Positions 53,491 through 62,120 of a stretch of DNA of 64,000 nucleotides are shown one piece after another (position 1 is the first letter of the stretch; each line of letters begins with the position of its first letter). The translations under genes and the position numbers were made by a program. The stretch comes from Bacillota bacterium. Lineage in GTDB: Bacteria; Bacillota; Sulfobacillia; JAUYEG01. The DNA lies in NCBI GenBank assembly GCA_030691505.1, contig JAUYEG010000091.1:34552-98551 (forward strand), given 5' to 3'. Below the pieces are notes generated by a model. The model ran no database searches and was not told the origin of the DNA. It saw nothing but the letters and a program-made list of their open reading frames with translations.

Positions 53491-54224
53491 TGCCGGTGCA
53501 AGGTAATGCCGCCCCGCCTTCCGGGTCCGGCCCTGATGAGGCGGAGCTAGTCAGGACGGCCGGGCAACTCCGCGCGGCGCACGCGGTCGGCCCGCCGGAT
53601 CTCTCCGGCCGCCCTGTGGACGAGCTTGTCGCGGCGATCCTCTCCCAGCATACCTCCGACCACAACAGCCACCGGGCATTCGCGGCCCTCAAACGGCGAT
53701 ACCCGCGGTGGTCGCAGGTCCTCGACGCTGACGCAGGTGAGGTCGCCGACGTCATCCGCTGCGGCGGCCTCGCGGACCAGAAAGCGCCCCGCATCATGGC
53801 CCTGGTGCGAGAGCTGCCTCGTGATGCGGGCGGCGAGCCGACGCTGGACCATCTCGCCGGCATGGAGCCGCACCAGGCGCACTCGTACCTCACCTCGTTC
53901 GCCGGCGTCGGGCCCAAGACCGCGGCCTGTGCTCTGCTTTTTGCCTATGGGTGGCCCACGTTTCCCGTCGATACGCATGTCCACAGGGTCGCGCGAAGGC
54001 TGGGGTGGGCGGAGGACAGGGACACCGCGGAAAAGGTGTTCGAGATTCTTTCCGTGTGCGTTCCGGACTACCTGACCTATGATCTTCACGTCGGGCTCGT
54101 GCGGCATGGCCGCGGCGTCTGCAGGCCGCGCGACCCGCGGTGCCACGCCTGCGATCTGCAGGACCGCTGCGCCTACCGGGCGAAGATAGCCGGTCGGCAT
54201 GACGATGGAGGTGCCGTGATTTGA
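53490..54224 (+). CDS. Endonuclease III-like HhH-GPD DNA glycosylase with a 4Fe-4S cluster loop
   Basis: LVAAILSQHTSD, the HhH motif LTSFAGVGPKTAACALLF, VDTHVHRV, and C-x6-C-x2-C-x5-C (CRPRDPRCHACDLQDRC). The ATG overlaps the murD stop. Confidence 0.85.
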   Translation: MPVQGNAAPPSGSGPDEAELVRTAGQLRAAHAVGPPDLSGRPVDELVAAILSQHTSDHNSHRAFAALKRRYPRWSQVLDADAGEVADVIRCGGLADQKAPRIMALVRELPRDAGGEPTLDHLAGMEPHQAHSYLTSFAGVGPKTAACALLFAYGWPTFPVDTHVHRVARRLGWAEDRDTAEKVFEILSVCVPDYLTYDLHVGLVRHGRGVCRPRDPRCHACDLQDRCAYRAKIAGRHDDGGAVI

Positions 54225-55348
54225 CCGGTGGGCCAAAGACCAACCTCGCGGCGGTGATGACCGGACCGCACGAGCACTTGGTGTTGCAGGAGCTGCCAAT
54301 GCCTCGCGTGGAGCCGGGTGGTGTGTTGCTTCGTACGATCGCCAGCGAGGTGTGCGGCACCGATGTGCACATCTGGCACGGCCGTTTGAGCGGGGTGCCG
54401 TACCCAATTATCCCTGGGCATGTGAGCGTCGGCGAAGTCGTGGAGACGGGAGGGCATGTCGTCGACGTAGACGGCAGGCCGGTGGCGCCCGGGGAAGTTG
54501 TGACCTTCCTTGATGTGCATGAGACCTGCGGTTTGTGTTGGTATTGCCTTGTGGCCAAGGCCAGCACGCGCTGCCCGCATCGAAAAGTCTACGGGATCAC
54601 CTACGGGGTTGCTGACGGCCTGCTCGGTGGGTGGAGCGAGCATATATACCTTAAGCCGGGGGTCAAGATCGTTCACCTGCCGGACAACGTAAGCCCCGAG
54701 CGCTTCATCGGTGGGGGCTGCGGGCTGCCCACTGCCTTTCACGCTGTTGAGCGAGGCGGGGTCGGGCTGGGAGACACTGTTGCCGTCCAGGGCAGCGGGC
54801 CCGTGGGCCTTAACGCGGTGATCCTGTCCCAGCTGGCCGGAGCTGTCAAAGTGATTCTCATCGGCTCGCCCGCGATCAGGCTGGCCATGGGGCGTGCGCT
54901 GGGCGCCGACGCAACGCTTGACATCGCCGACACGACGCCCGAGCTGCGGCGGGCCGCTGTTTTGGACATGACCGGCGGGCGCGGGGCGGATGTGACCATT
55001 GAAGTGACCGGCAACCCGGCCGCAGTAACCGAGGGCATGCGACTGACGCGTGACGCCGGTGTCCTGGCGGTTGCCGGCCAGTACACGGACGCCGGAGAGA
55101 CGTGTTACAACCCCCACCAGGACCTCAACCGGCGTCATATCGAGGTGCGCGCGACGTGGGGCACGGACTTTTCGCATCTCTACCGTGGCATTCAGGTAGT
55201 CGCCAAGCACGGCGACCGGTTTCGCTGGGAGCGGTTTATCACCCGCCGTTACGGGCTCGGTGGAGCGGAGCAGGCGTTGACTGAGGTGGCGTCGGGCAAG
55301 GTCATCAAGGCGGTCATCGACCCCAGATTTGGTTTGGGGACAGGATAA
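54221..55348 (+). CDS. Zinc-dependent medium-chain alcohol dehydrogenase/reductase
   Basis: CGTDVHIW, GHVSVGEV, structural-Zn Cys cluster CGLCWYCLV...RC, and the Rossmann motif VQGSGPVGL. Confidence 0.88.
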   Translation: MTGGPKTNLAAVMTGPHEHLVLQELPMPRVEPGGVLLRTIASEVCGTDVHIWHGRLSGVPYPIIPGHVSVGEVVETGGHVVDVDGRPVAPGEVVTFLDVHETCGLCWYCLVAKASTRCPHRKVYGITYGVADGLLGGWSEHIYLKPGVKIVHLPDNVSPERFIGGGCGLPTAFHAVERGGVGLGDTVAVQGSGPVGLNAVILSQLAGAVKVILIGSPAIRLAMGRALGADATLDIADTTPELRRAAVLDMTGGRGADVTIEVTGNPAAVTEGMRLTRDAGVLAVAGQYTDAGETCYNPHQDLNRRHIEVRATWGTDFSHLYRGIQVVAKHGDRFRWERFITRRYGLGGAEQALTEVASGKVIKAVIDPRFGLGTG

Positions 55349-55379
55349 GCATGCGGATCGCAGCGCAGGAGGCAGTCGC

Positions 55380-56585
55380 TTGAGCAGAGTCAGGCTGTAC
55401 GATGAGCCACGGTACTATGACATCGCTTTTGGCTGGGACATCAGCCCCGAGGCGGATTTCCTCGAGAGGGTCTTTAGCGATTTAGCAGCGCATGAGGTAC
55501 GCTCGGTGCTCGATTTGGCCTGTGGGACGGGCCGCTTTGCGCTCGAGCTAGCCAGGCGCGGGTACCTTGCTGCGGGCCTCGATCTATCTCGCGATATGTT
55601 GAGCTATGCCCGGCAGAAAGCGGTCGAGCACGGCCTATCGGTTGAGCTCTTCCTCAAGGACATGTCCGACTTTGCCCTCTACCGCACCTTCGACGCCGCA
55701 ATCTGTATGACCGGCTCAATCTACTACCTTCATACGATTGAGAGCCTCGTCGAGCACCTGCGGCGGGTCGCCACTCATCTCGTGCAGGGCGGGCTGTACG
55801 TCATGGATGTCCCCCTCGCTCTGCCGGATTCGGGCGTGCCTCCCGTCCAGGAATGGACGGCGGAGCGTGACCGGGTACGCGTGGCCACCCGCTGGGAGCT
55901 TCTGGGGCCGCCAGATCCGGATACCGGGCTGGCTACCGAGCGGCTTACGCTACGCGGCTTCGAGCGGGGCTGGGAACGGGTATGGGAGCAAGAAGCCACC
56001 GTCCACTTGCTCCGACCACAGGACCTCCAGGCAGCCGTCGACGCGTCGCGCCATTTCCGACTTGCCGCCATGTACCGTGAATTTGACGTTGAGAGCAGGC
56101 AGGACGGGCCTCCTGCGGGACACCGGGTCATCGTCGTGTTGGTCCGGACCACCGCGCCCGAGCCCCTGCCGCCCCGCGATGAGTCCGCCGACCGGTACCC
56201 CCCGAGAGGGCGGGATGGTGCCGGACGGAGGCCGGGACGAGAGGGCGGCGACAGACGGACGGGCGGGCGGGGCCCCAGACGCCCGGAGCAAGGTGCGGGC
56301 CGGGACCGTACTCGCGATAGCTCCAGCGCGTCGCCGCAACGACCGTCCAGGCCAGCCAGACCCCCTAGACCTCCCGCGCCCCAAGCGCCCGTTGACGCTA
56401 CGCCTGAGGGCCCGGTGGCGCAGGCGTCCGCCGCGCCTCCGGCCGGCAATGCTCCAAAGCGGCGCCGCCGGCGTGGCGGGCGAGGGCGCCGCGGCGCGGG
56501 CCCGCAACCTCCGCAGGGCGCGGCGCAACAGGACCCAGGAGCGCCGCCCAAGCCGCCGCGCGGCGCAGGAGATCCGCTAGCCTAG
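55380..56585 (+). CDS. Class I SAM-dependent methyltransferase with a ~135-aa Arg/Gly/Pro-rich disordered tail
   Basis: Motif I VLDLACGTGRFALELA. The TTG at 55380 lies 7 nt after AGGAGG. The C-terminus is rich in RGR, RRP and PPRP runs (KRRRRRGGRGRRG). Confidence 0.8.
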   Translation: MSRVRLYDEPRYYDIAFGWDISPEADFLERVFSDLAAHEVRSVLDLACGTGRFALELARRGYLAAGLDLSRDMLSYARQKAVEHGLSVELFLKDMSDFALYRTFDAAICMTGSIYYLHTIESLVEHLRRVATHLVQGGLYVMDVPLALPDSGVPPVQEWTAERDRVRVATRWELLGPPDPDTGLATERLTLRGFERGWERVWEQEATVHLLRPQDLQAAVDASRHFRLAAMYREFDVESRQDGPPAGHRVIVVLVRTTAPEPLPPRDESADRYPPRGRDGAGRRPGREGGDRRTGGRGPRRPEQGAGRDRTRDSSSASPQRPSRPARPPRPPAPQAPVDATPEGPVAQASAAPPAGNAPKRRRRRGGRGRRGAGPQPPQGAAQQDPGAPPKPPRGAGDPLA

Positions 56586-56982
56586 CCTTCAGTTAGCTGA
56601 GCAACCGCTGCGGAGGCGTCTGGCGGTCCTTTGCCAACATGTGGCCCAAGCTATGTTGTTTGGGTCCCGAATGTTCTATGGCTGTTCTAACCTCGCCAAG
56701 CATCACAGCCGCACCTATAGCAGGGCTTATTTGCGCAGGTATGCCATCATTCCCGAATACCTCCAAGAAGGAGCGGCCTCTGTGTTGCGGAAATAATCAG
56801 GCATGTCAGCGCGTATAAGCTTTGTGGCGCTGGGCGCGAACCCGATGCGGACCAGGCACTCTCACAGCTTTCCTCTACCCGTGCCTACCAGGGGATCAGA
56901 TGCAGGATTACAGTTTGCGTGAGGGGGGGAATGCCCTAAACTGTTCGTCGTGCCGACTGAACGCCGAGGGATCGCATTGGTT

Positions 56983-56996
56983 CGCAGTCGACTGCG
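56983..56996. promoter_or_regulatory. 14-bp perfect palindrome CGCAGTCGACTGCG upstream of the membrane-module operon
   Basis: It lies 34 nt upstream of the TTG start at 57030, within a 444-nt, less GC-rich non-coding leader. Confidence 0.3.
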
Positions 56997-57029
56997 GGAC
57001 GATGTGTAAGCAGGAGGAGGGACAAAGAG

Positions 57030-57782
57030 TTGAATGCAGGCGTAACGGTTTCCTTTATCGTCTTCGCCCTATTCGTCGGGGTTTTCTACTACTCCGGCGC
57101 CCGTTTCAAGCAGACGGGCAAGTTCAGCGCGCGCAAGTTCGAAGCGCTCGGCAAGATGGAAGAAGCCATTGGCCGTGCGACGGAAATGGGCAAGCCGGTG
57201 CACTGGAGCTACGGCATGGGAGCTTTCGACGCTCAGTACCTGGCGGCGTTCGTGCTCCTTGAGTACGCTGCGAGCCTGTGCGCCAAGTACGACACCCGCA
57301 TGATCGTCAGCATTGCTCTGCCTGAGGTCGTTCCGATGACCGAGGAGGTCATCCGCAAGGCGTACATCGAGCAGGGTAAGCTTGATACTCTGCACACGGA
57401 GGATGTGCGGTTCTGGGGTGGTTCGCACAACCCGGCAATGATTGGCACCATCTCGCGCGAGCAGGTCGCTGGCAACTTCATGATCGGATCGCTGTTCCAC
57501 GAGTCGATCCTGAGCATTGAGGCAGCCGCCCGCTATAACGCGATCCAGGTCATGGGCACCCAGAACACCCACCAGTTGCCGTTCATCGCTGCAGGGTGCG
57601 ACGCCATCTTCATCGGCGCGGAGATGTTCGCAGCAGCGGCCCAGCTTGAGCCGACTCCGGTTCGCGTCGGGTCCGTATGGGCGGCAGACGTCCTCAACGT
57701 CGTTTTCGTCGGTCTCATGATCATCGGGGCTCTTCTGGTCACGGCCGGCAACACCAGCCTGAAGACCCTCATCCTAAAGTAG
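57030..57782 (+). CDS. Uncharacterised bitopic membrane protein A (N- and C-terminal TM, ~190-aa central domain)
   Basis: The TTG lies 8 nt after AGGAGGAGGG. TM segments are VTVSFIVFALFVGVFYY and VLNVVFVGLMIIGALLV. I recognise no family. Confidence 0.7.
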   Translation: MNAGVTVSFIVFALFVGVFYYSGARFKQTGKFSARKFEALGKMEEAIGRATEMGKPVHWSYGMGAFDAQYLAAFVLLEYAASLCAKYDTRMIVSIALPEVVPMTEEVIRKAYIEQGKLDTLHTEDVRFWGGSHNPAMIGTISREQVAGNFMIGSLFHESILSIEAAARYNAIQVMGTQNTHQLPFIAAGCDAIFIGAEMFAAAAQLEPTPVRVGSVWAADVLNVVFVGLMIIGALLVTAGNTSLKTLILK

Positions 57783-57796
57783 GGTGGTGAACGGGC

Positions 57797-58423
57797 ATGC
57801 AATTTGTCAAATCTAAACTGCCGGTTGTCGTCACGTTCGGGGCCGCGTTCATCATCGTTGCGCAGTACTATTTCAACATTCCCGCCTGGAAGACTCTCGC
57901 GGCCGAGTTTCTCCGGTGGAATGTCATCATCGCGGCCTTCGCCCTTGCGCTCGGCATCGGCGGTATCGTCAAGCTGCACTGGGGCAGGATCTCCAGGCGG
58001 CAGCCCACGGCCGTTTACAGCGCTGCCACTCTAATCACGTTGGCCATCTTCCTGTTCGTCGGCCTCTACGAGACCACACGTGGCAAGACCTATACCTGGT
58101 TGTACGACTTCATCTACAACCCGGTAGCGGCCACGTCGTATGCCACAACGTTTTTCTTCATCACCTCAGCTGCGTACCGGGCCTTCAGGATCAAGAACAG
58201 TTACGCAGCCGTCCTGATGATCTCAGCGATCCTGATGATGCTTCAGGTAGGCGTGTTCTCTGTTTACCTACCTGTTGCACCGAAGATCGCTGCCTGGGTT
58301 TGGAACATCCCGACGACCGCGGGTATGCGCGCTGTGACTATCGGCGCAGCCCTCTCCGTGGTAGGCAATGCGTTCCGGGTCATCACCGGGCTCGAGCGCG
58401 GCCACCTCGGCGGCGGCGAGTAG
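57797..58423 (+). CDS. Uncharacterised polytopic membrane protein B (~6 TM)
   Basis: 208 aa, strongly hydrophobic. The start follows the upstream stop embedded in TAGGGTGGTG. Confidence 0.7.
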   Translation: MQFVKSKLPVVVTFGAAFIIVAQYYFNIPAWKTLAAEFLRWNVIIAAFALALGIGGIVKLHWGRISRRQPTAVYSAATLITLAIFLFVGLYETTRGKTYTWLYDFIYNPVAATSYATTFFFITSAAYRAFRIKNSYAAVLMISAILMMLQVGVFSVYLPVAPKIAAWVWNIPTTAGMRAVTIGAALSVVGNAFRVITGLERGHLGGGE

Positions 58424-58436
58424 GGGGTGCATAGCG

Positions 58437-59267
58437 ATGATAAAGAAGCTTAGCGACATTGACGTAAGATGGTTGTATCTGATCATGGTCATCTTTGCGA
58501 TCTACCCGTTGCTCAGGCCGATCGGCCTTCCGTTGCCGATCACCGATCGCGCCCGGAATTCGTTCGCCGCGATCGATGCCCTGCGGCCGGGAGACCTGGT
58601 ATTCTTCGGGATCGACTACAGCCCGACCCAGGAAGCCGAGATGTGGCCGCAGACCCTCGCGATCGGCCATCACCTGGCGCAGCGCGGCGTCAAGATGGTA
58701 ATGCTCAACATGATCGAGGGCGCCTACCGTTATGAAGAGCGGATCCGCGACTTCATCCTTAGCGAGTACCCGAACTACCAGTACGGAGTTAACATAATCG
58801 CCCTGCCGTTCACAGCCGGCCGCGAAGCCGCGTTCAACTCGATAGTCGCGGACCTCAAGGGCCTTTATCAGGTAGACCTCGCCGGTGCGGCACTCAACAC
58901 CCTGCCGCTCTGGAACGAGATCACCGGTGCGGGCGACTTTGACATGTATGTTGAGCTCGCCGACGCCCCCGACTGGTGGCTGCGTCCAATGAGCCAGGTG
59001 CCTGGTCTTAAGCTCTGGAACGGCACTGTGGCGAGCGGCGCGTCCACAATGGCGCCTCTCTACCAGTCCGGCCAGATGGTTGGGTTCATCTACGGCATGG
59101 CCGGCGCCGCTGAGTACGAAGCTCTCGTGAAGAAGCCCGGCTCCGCAGCGGCAGCCATGGACACGCAGTCCATGGGGCATGCGTTGATCATCTTGTTCGT
59201 GATCCTTGGCAACATCGGCTACATCGTTCAGAGGAACGCTGAAGCCAAGGCCAAGGGTCGGAAATAG
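58437..59267 (+). CDS. Uncharacterised bitopic membrane protein C (same architecture as A)
   Basis: The ATG at 58437 follows TAGGGGGTG. TM segments are WLYLIMVIFAIYPLL and HALIILFVILGNIGYIV, with a central ~220-aa domain. Confidence 0.7.
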   Translation: MIKKLSDIDVRWLYLIMVIFAIYPLLRPIGLPLPITDRARNSFAAIDALRPGDLVFFGIDYSPTQEAEMWPQTLAIGHHLAQRGVKMVMLNMIEGAYRYEERIRDFILSEYPNYQYGVNIIALPFTAGREAAFNSIVADLKGLYQVDLAGAALNTLPLWNEITGAGDFDMYVELADAPDWWLRPMSQVPGLKLWNGTVASGASTMAPLYQSGQMVGFIYGMAGAAEYEALVKKPGSAAAAMDTQSMGHALIILFVILGNIGYIVQRNAEAKAKGRK

Positions 59268-59279
59268 GGGGTGACTGCC

Positions 59280-59888
59280 ATGTTGAATGCAACCACAGGT
59301 ACATGGCTAGCCGCGTTCCTGACGCTCGGTCTGTTTAGCTGGATGTACAAGGAGAACCCGTGGTTCCGCCTCGTGGAGCACATCTACGTCGGCGCGGCAC
59401 TCGGCGTTCTCGCATCGCAGGGCTATCAGAGCGTCATGGACATTGCATGGAAACCGGCAACCCAGCAGGGTAAGACCCTCCTCTACGTCCCGCTGATCTT
59501 GGGCGCCCTGCTGTTCTCCCGGTGGTCCAAGAAGTACATGTGGGTCAGCCGGTCGTCGATGGGCTTCCTGGTCGGCACGCTCTCTGCTGTTGTCATGACC
59601 GGCGCGATCAAGGCTCAGCTGACTGCACAGGTCGCGGCGACGATGATGCCGCTCAACTCGGCAAATAACATCATCTTCTTTGTCATAACCGCGGCTGCTA
59701 CCATGTACTTCGTCTTCACGTTGCAGGCGAAGTGGGCGAGCCCGATCATGGACCTCGGCAAGTACGGGATGATGATCGCGTTCGGCGCCACGTTCGGCAA
59801 CACGGTCATGTCGCGTATCTCACTCTTCACCGGCCGGTTGCAGTTCCTGCTCTTTCAGTGGCTGAAACTGACGCCGGGCGGCAGCTAG
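59280..59888 (+). CDS. Uncharacterised polytopic membrane protein D (~6 TM)
   Basis: The ATG at 59280 follows TAGGGGGTG. The product is hydrophobic, about 200 aa. Confidence 0.7.
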   Translation: MLNATTGTWLAAFLTLGLFSWMYKENPWFRLVEHIYVGAALGVLASQGYQSVMDIAWKPATQQGKTLLYVPLILGALLFSRWSKKYMWVSRSSMGFLVGTLSAVVMTGAIKAQLTAQVAATMMPLNSANNIIFFVITAAATMYFVFTLQAKWASPIMDLGKYGMMIAFGATFGNTVMSRISLFTGRLQFLLFQWLKLTPGGS

Positions 59889-59976
59889 ACCTAGACACAG
59901 GCACAAGAAGGGGGGGGCATTGCGCCCCCCCTTTTCACGGAAACATATTTCGCCCCACTAAGGAGGTTTTCGGCTG

Positions 59977-62118
59977 TTGGGCAAAGTGACATCCCCGCAG
60001 GAGTTTTTCGGTTTCGAGATGGGTGCGGATCGCAAGCTGGCCCGATGGGACAAGATCGTGGAGTATTTCAACAAGCTGGATAGCGAGTCAGACCGCCTGA
60101 AAGTCGTGGATATGGGCAAGAGCACCGAGGGCAACCCGTTCCTGCTCGTGATCATCTCGTCGCCGGCCAACCTGGCCAACCTGGAGCACCTGCGGCAGAT
60201 CAACCTCAAACTGGCCGACCCGCGCGGCCTGGACGATGCGGCGATCGAGGCGCTCGTCTCGGAGGGCAAGGCCGTCGTCTGCCAGAGCATGAGCCTGCAC
60301 GCTACAGAGGTCGGCGGGACGCAGATGGCCCCCGAGCTGGCGTACGACCTGCTTGCAGGCGACTGCGAGGAGACGCGCCGGATACTGGACGAGGTCATCT
60401 TCCTCATGGTCCCGTGTTTTAACCCCGACGGCGAGATAATGGTGACCGACTGGTACAACAAATGGCTGGGGACCGAGTGGGAAGGCAGCTCGCTGCCGTG
60501 GCTTTACCAGAAGTACACCGGGCACGACAACAACCGAGACGCGTACGCGCTGAACATGCCCGAGGCGCAACACATGGCCAAGATCCTCTTCCGGGACTGG
60601 AAACCGCAGGCCTACCAGGACCATCACCACATGGGCAGCGACGGTGCGCGGCTGTACGTCGCTCCGTACTGCGATCCCATCCACCCGCACGGCGACCCGC
60701 TCATCTGGCGGGAGCACTCCTGGTACGGCGCCCACATGGCGTACAAGCTCGAGCAGGCCGGCAAGAGCGGCATCCTCAACGGGGCGATGTTCCCGGGGTG
60801 GGGCCACCTCGGTTTCCACTGGATCACGATCTACCACAACATCGCCGGGATGCTCACGGAATCGGCGAGCGCCAAGCTGGCCACGCCACTCTACGTGCAT
60901 CCAAGCCAGCTGACGGGCGCGGGGATGTTTGCGCCCAAGACCTGGCCCAAATACGAGGCGCAGACAAACTTCCCGAACCCCTGGCCCGGTGGCTGGTGGC
61001 GGCTGCGCGACATCGTCGAGCAGCAGAAGATCTCGTCCGGGGCCCTGCTCGACCTGGCGGCCCGGCACAAGGAGACAGTCCTCTATAACGCCTACCTCAA
61101 GGCCAAACGGCAGACCGAGCGCGGTGCGGAGGGCGGCCCGTACGCTTACGCTATCCGCGAAGACCAGCACGACGCCCTGACCGTCCGCAAGCTGGTGCAG
61201 AAACTGCTTGACCAGGGTATCGAGGTCGGGCGGGCCAAGGCCGGCTTCGAGTCCGGCGGGTGCTGCTATCCGGCCGGGACCTACGTGGTCCAGCTGGCCC
61301 AGCCCAAGATGGGCCTGATCAAGACCCTGCTGGGCCGGACCCGGTATCCGGACACCTACTGGACGCGCCGGATGGACAACTCGCCGGGCGTCTTTGACAC
61401 GGCAACCGACACGATCGCCGAGTTTATGGGCGTCACGGCCGAGCCAGTGGATGCCCCGGTTACAGTCGAAACCGAAACTATCTGCTGCGCGGCTCCGGTC
61501 GCGGCGGCCGTGTGCAAGAGGGCGGGCGCTACCGCGGGCTGGATCCTCGACGGGCGGCTCAACGACGCCTACCGGGTCGTCAACCGGCTGCTCGCCGCGG
61601 GCGTCAAGGTGTCGCGGCTTGCCAAGCCGGCGTGCGCGGGCGCCGCGTGTTTCGGTGCCGGATCGTTCCTGGTTGAGCCGGGCGCGGGCGCAGAGGCCAT
61701 TCTGACCAGGGCGGCGCAGGAACTCGGCGTCGGCGCCCAGGGGGTCGCGGTCAGGCCGGACGTCCCCGAGGTGCCCGTGAGCACGAAGCGCGTGGCGATG
61801 TACCAGCGGTATTTTGGCGGCAACATGGATGAGGGCTGGACGCGGTTCATCTTTGACACGTTCGAGTTCCCGTTCGAGACCGTCATGGATCCGCAGATGA
61901 AGGCAGGGAATCTGAGGGACAAGTACGACGTCCTGGTCCTGCCGCCCGACCGCAAGGAGATCATGGTCGACTTCAACAAGGCGGACCGCAAAGACCCGAT
62001 GGTGCAGATGTTCATCCGCCATTTCGCAGGGTCGTGCCCGCCGGAGTACCGGAGCGGTTTCGGGGACGAGGGCGTCAAGGCGATCCGCGAGTTTGTCGCC
62101 CAGGTGGGCGACTGGTGA
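59977..62118 (+). CDS. Large M14-family zinc metallopeptidase (carboxypeptidase-like), N-terminal 713 aa
   Basis: HxxE zinc motif in SMSLHATEVGG, YTGHDNNRD, and the downstream His in YQDHHHMG. The TTG at 59977 lies 10 nt after AAGGAGG. The frame ends at 62118, but homology appears to continue in another frame. Confidence 0.8.
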   Translation: MGKVTSPQEFFGFEMGADRKLARWDKIVEYFNKLDSESDRLKVVDMGKSTEGNPFLLVIISSPANLANLEHLRQINLKLADPRGLDDAAIEALVSEGKAVVCQSMSLHATEVGGTQMAPELAYDLLAGDCEETRRILDEVIFLMVPCFNPDGEIMVTDWYNKWLGTEWEGSSLPWLYQKYTGHDNNRDAYALNMPEAQHMAKILFRDWKPQAYQDHHHMGSDGARLYVAPYCDPIHPHGDPLIWREHSWYGAHMAYKLEQAGKSGILNGAMFPGWGHLGFHWITIYHNIAGMLTESASAKLATPLYVHPSQLTGAGMFAPKTWPKYEAQTNFPNPWPGGWWRLRDIVEQQKISSGALLDLAARHKETVLYNAYLKAKRQTERGAEGGPYAYAIREDQHDALTVRKLVQKLLDQGIEVGRAKAGFESGGCCYPAGTYVVQLAQPKMGLIKTLLGRTRYPDTYWTRRMDNSPGVFDTATDTIAEFMGVTAEPVDAPVTVETETICCAAPVAAAVCKRAGATAGWILDGRLNDAYRVVNRLLAAGVKVSRLAKPACAGAACFGAGSFLVEPGAGAEAILTRAAQELGVGAQGVAVRPDVPEVPVSTKRVAMYQRYFGGNMDEGWTRFIFDTFEFPFETVMDPQMKAGNLRDKYDVLVLPPDRKEIMVDFNKADRKDPMVQMFIRHFAGSCPPEYRSGFGDEGVKAIREFVAQVGDW

Positions 62119-62120
62119 CG

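Noticed and set aside
56621-56635. Sigma-54-like element TGGCGG-N5-TGCC downstream of the methyltransferase gene
   Set aside because: The GG-to-GC spacing is one nucleotide short of the -24/-12 consensus (TGGCAC-N5-TTGCA). It also lies ~400 nt from the next start codon.
56822-57262. 146-aa ORF spanning the leader and the start of membrane protein A
   Set aside because: It has no SD, is Cys/Arg-rich, and runs out of frame into a clearly hydrophobic membrane-protein gene.
60088-62022. 644-aa minus-strand ORF
   Set aside because: It is antisense to the M14 peptidase gene. Its composition (Arg/Val/Gly/Pro/His rich, no motifs) is typical of shadow ORFs in GC-rich DNA, whereas the plus-strand frame carries clear HxxE metallopeptidase motifs.
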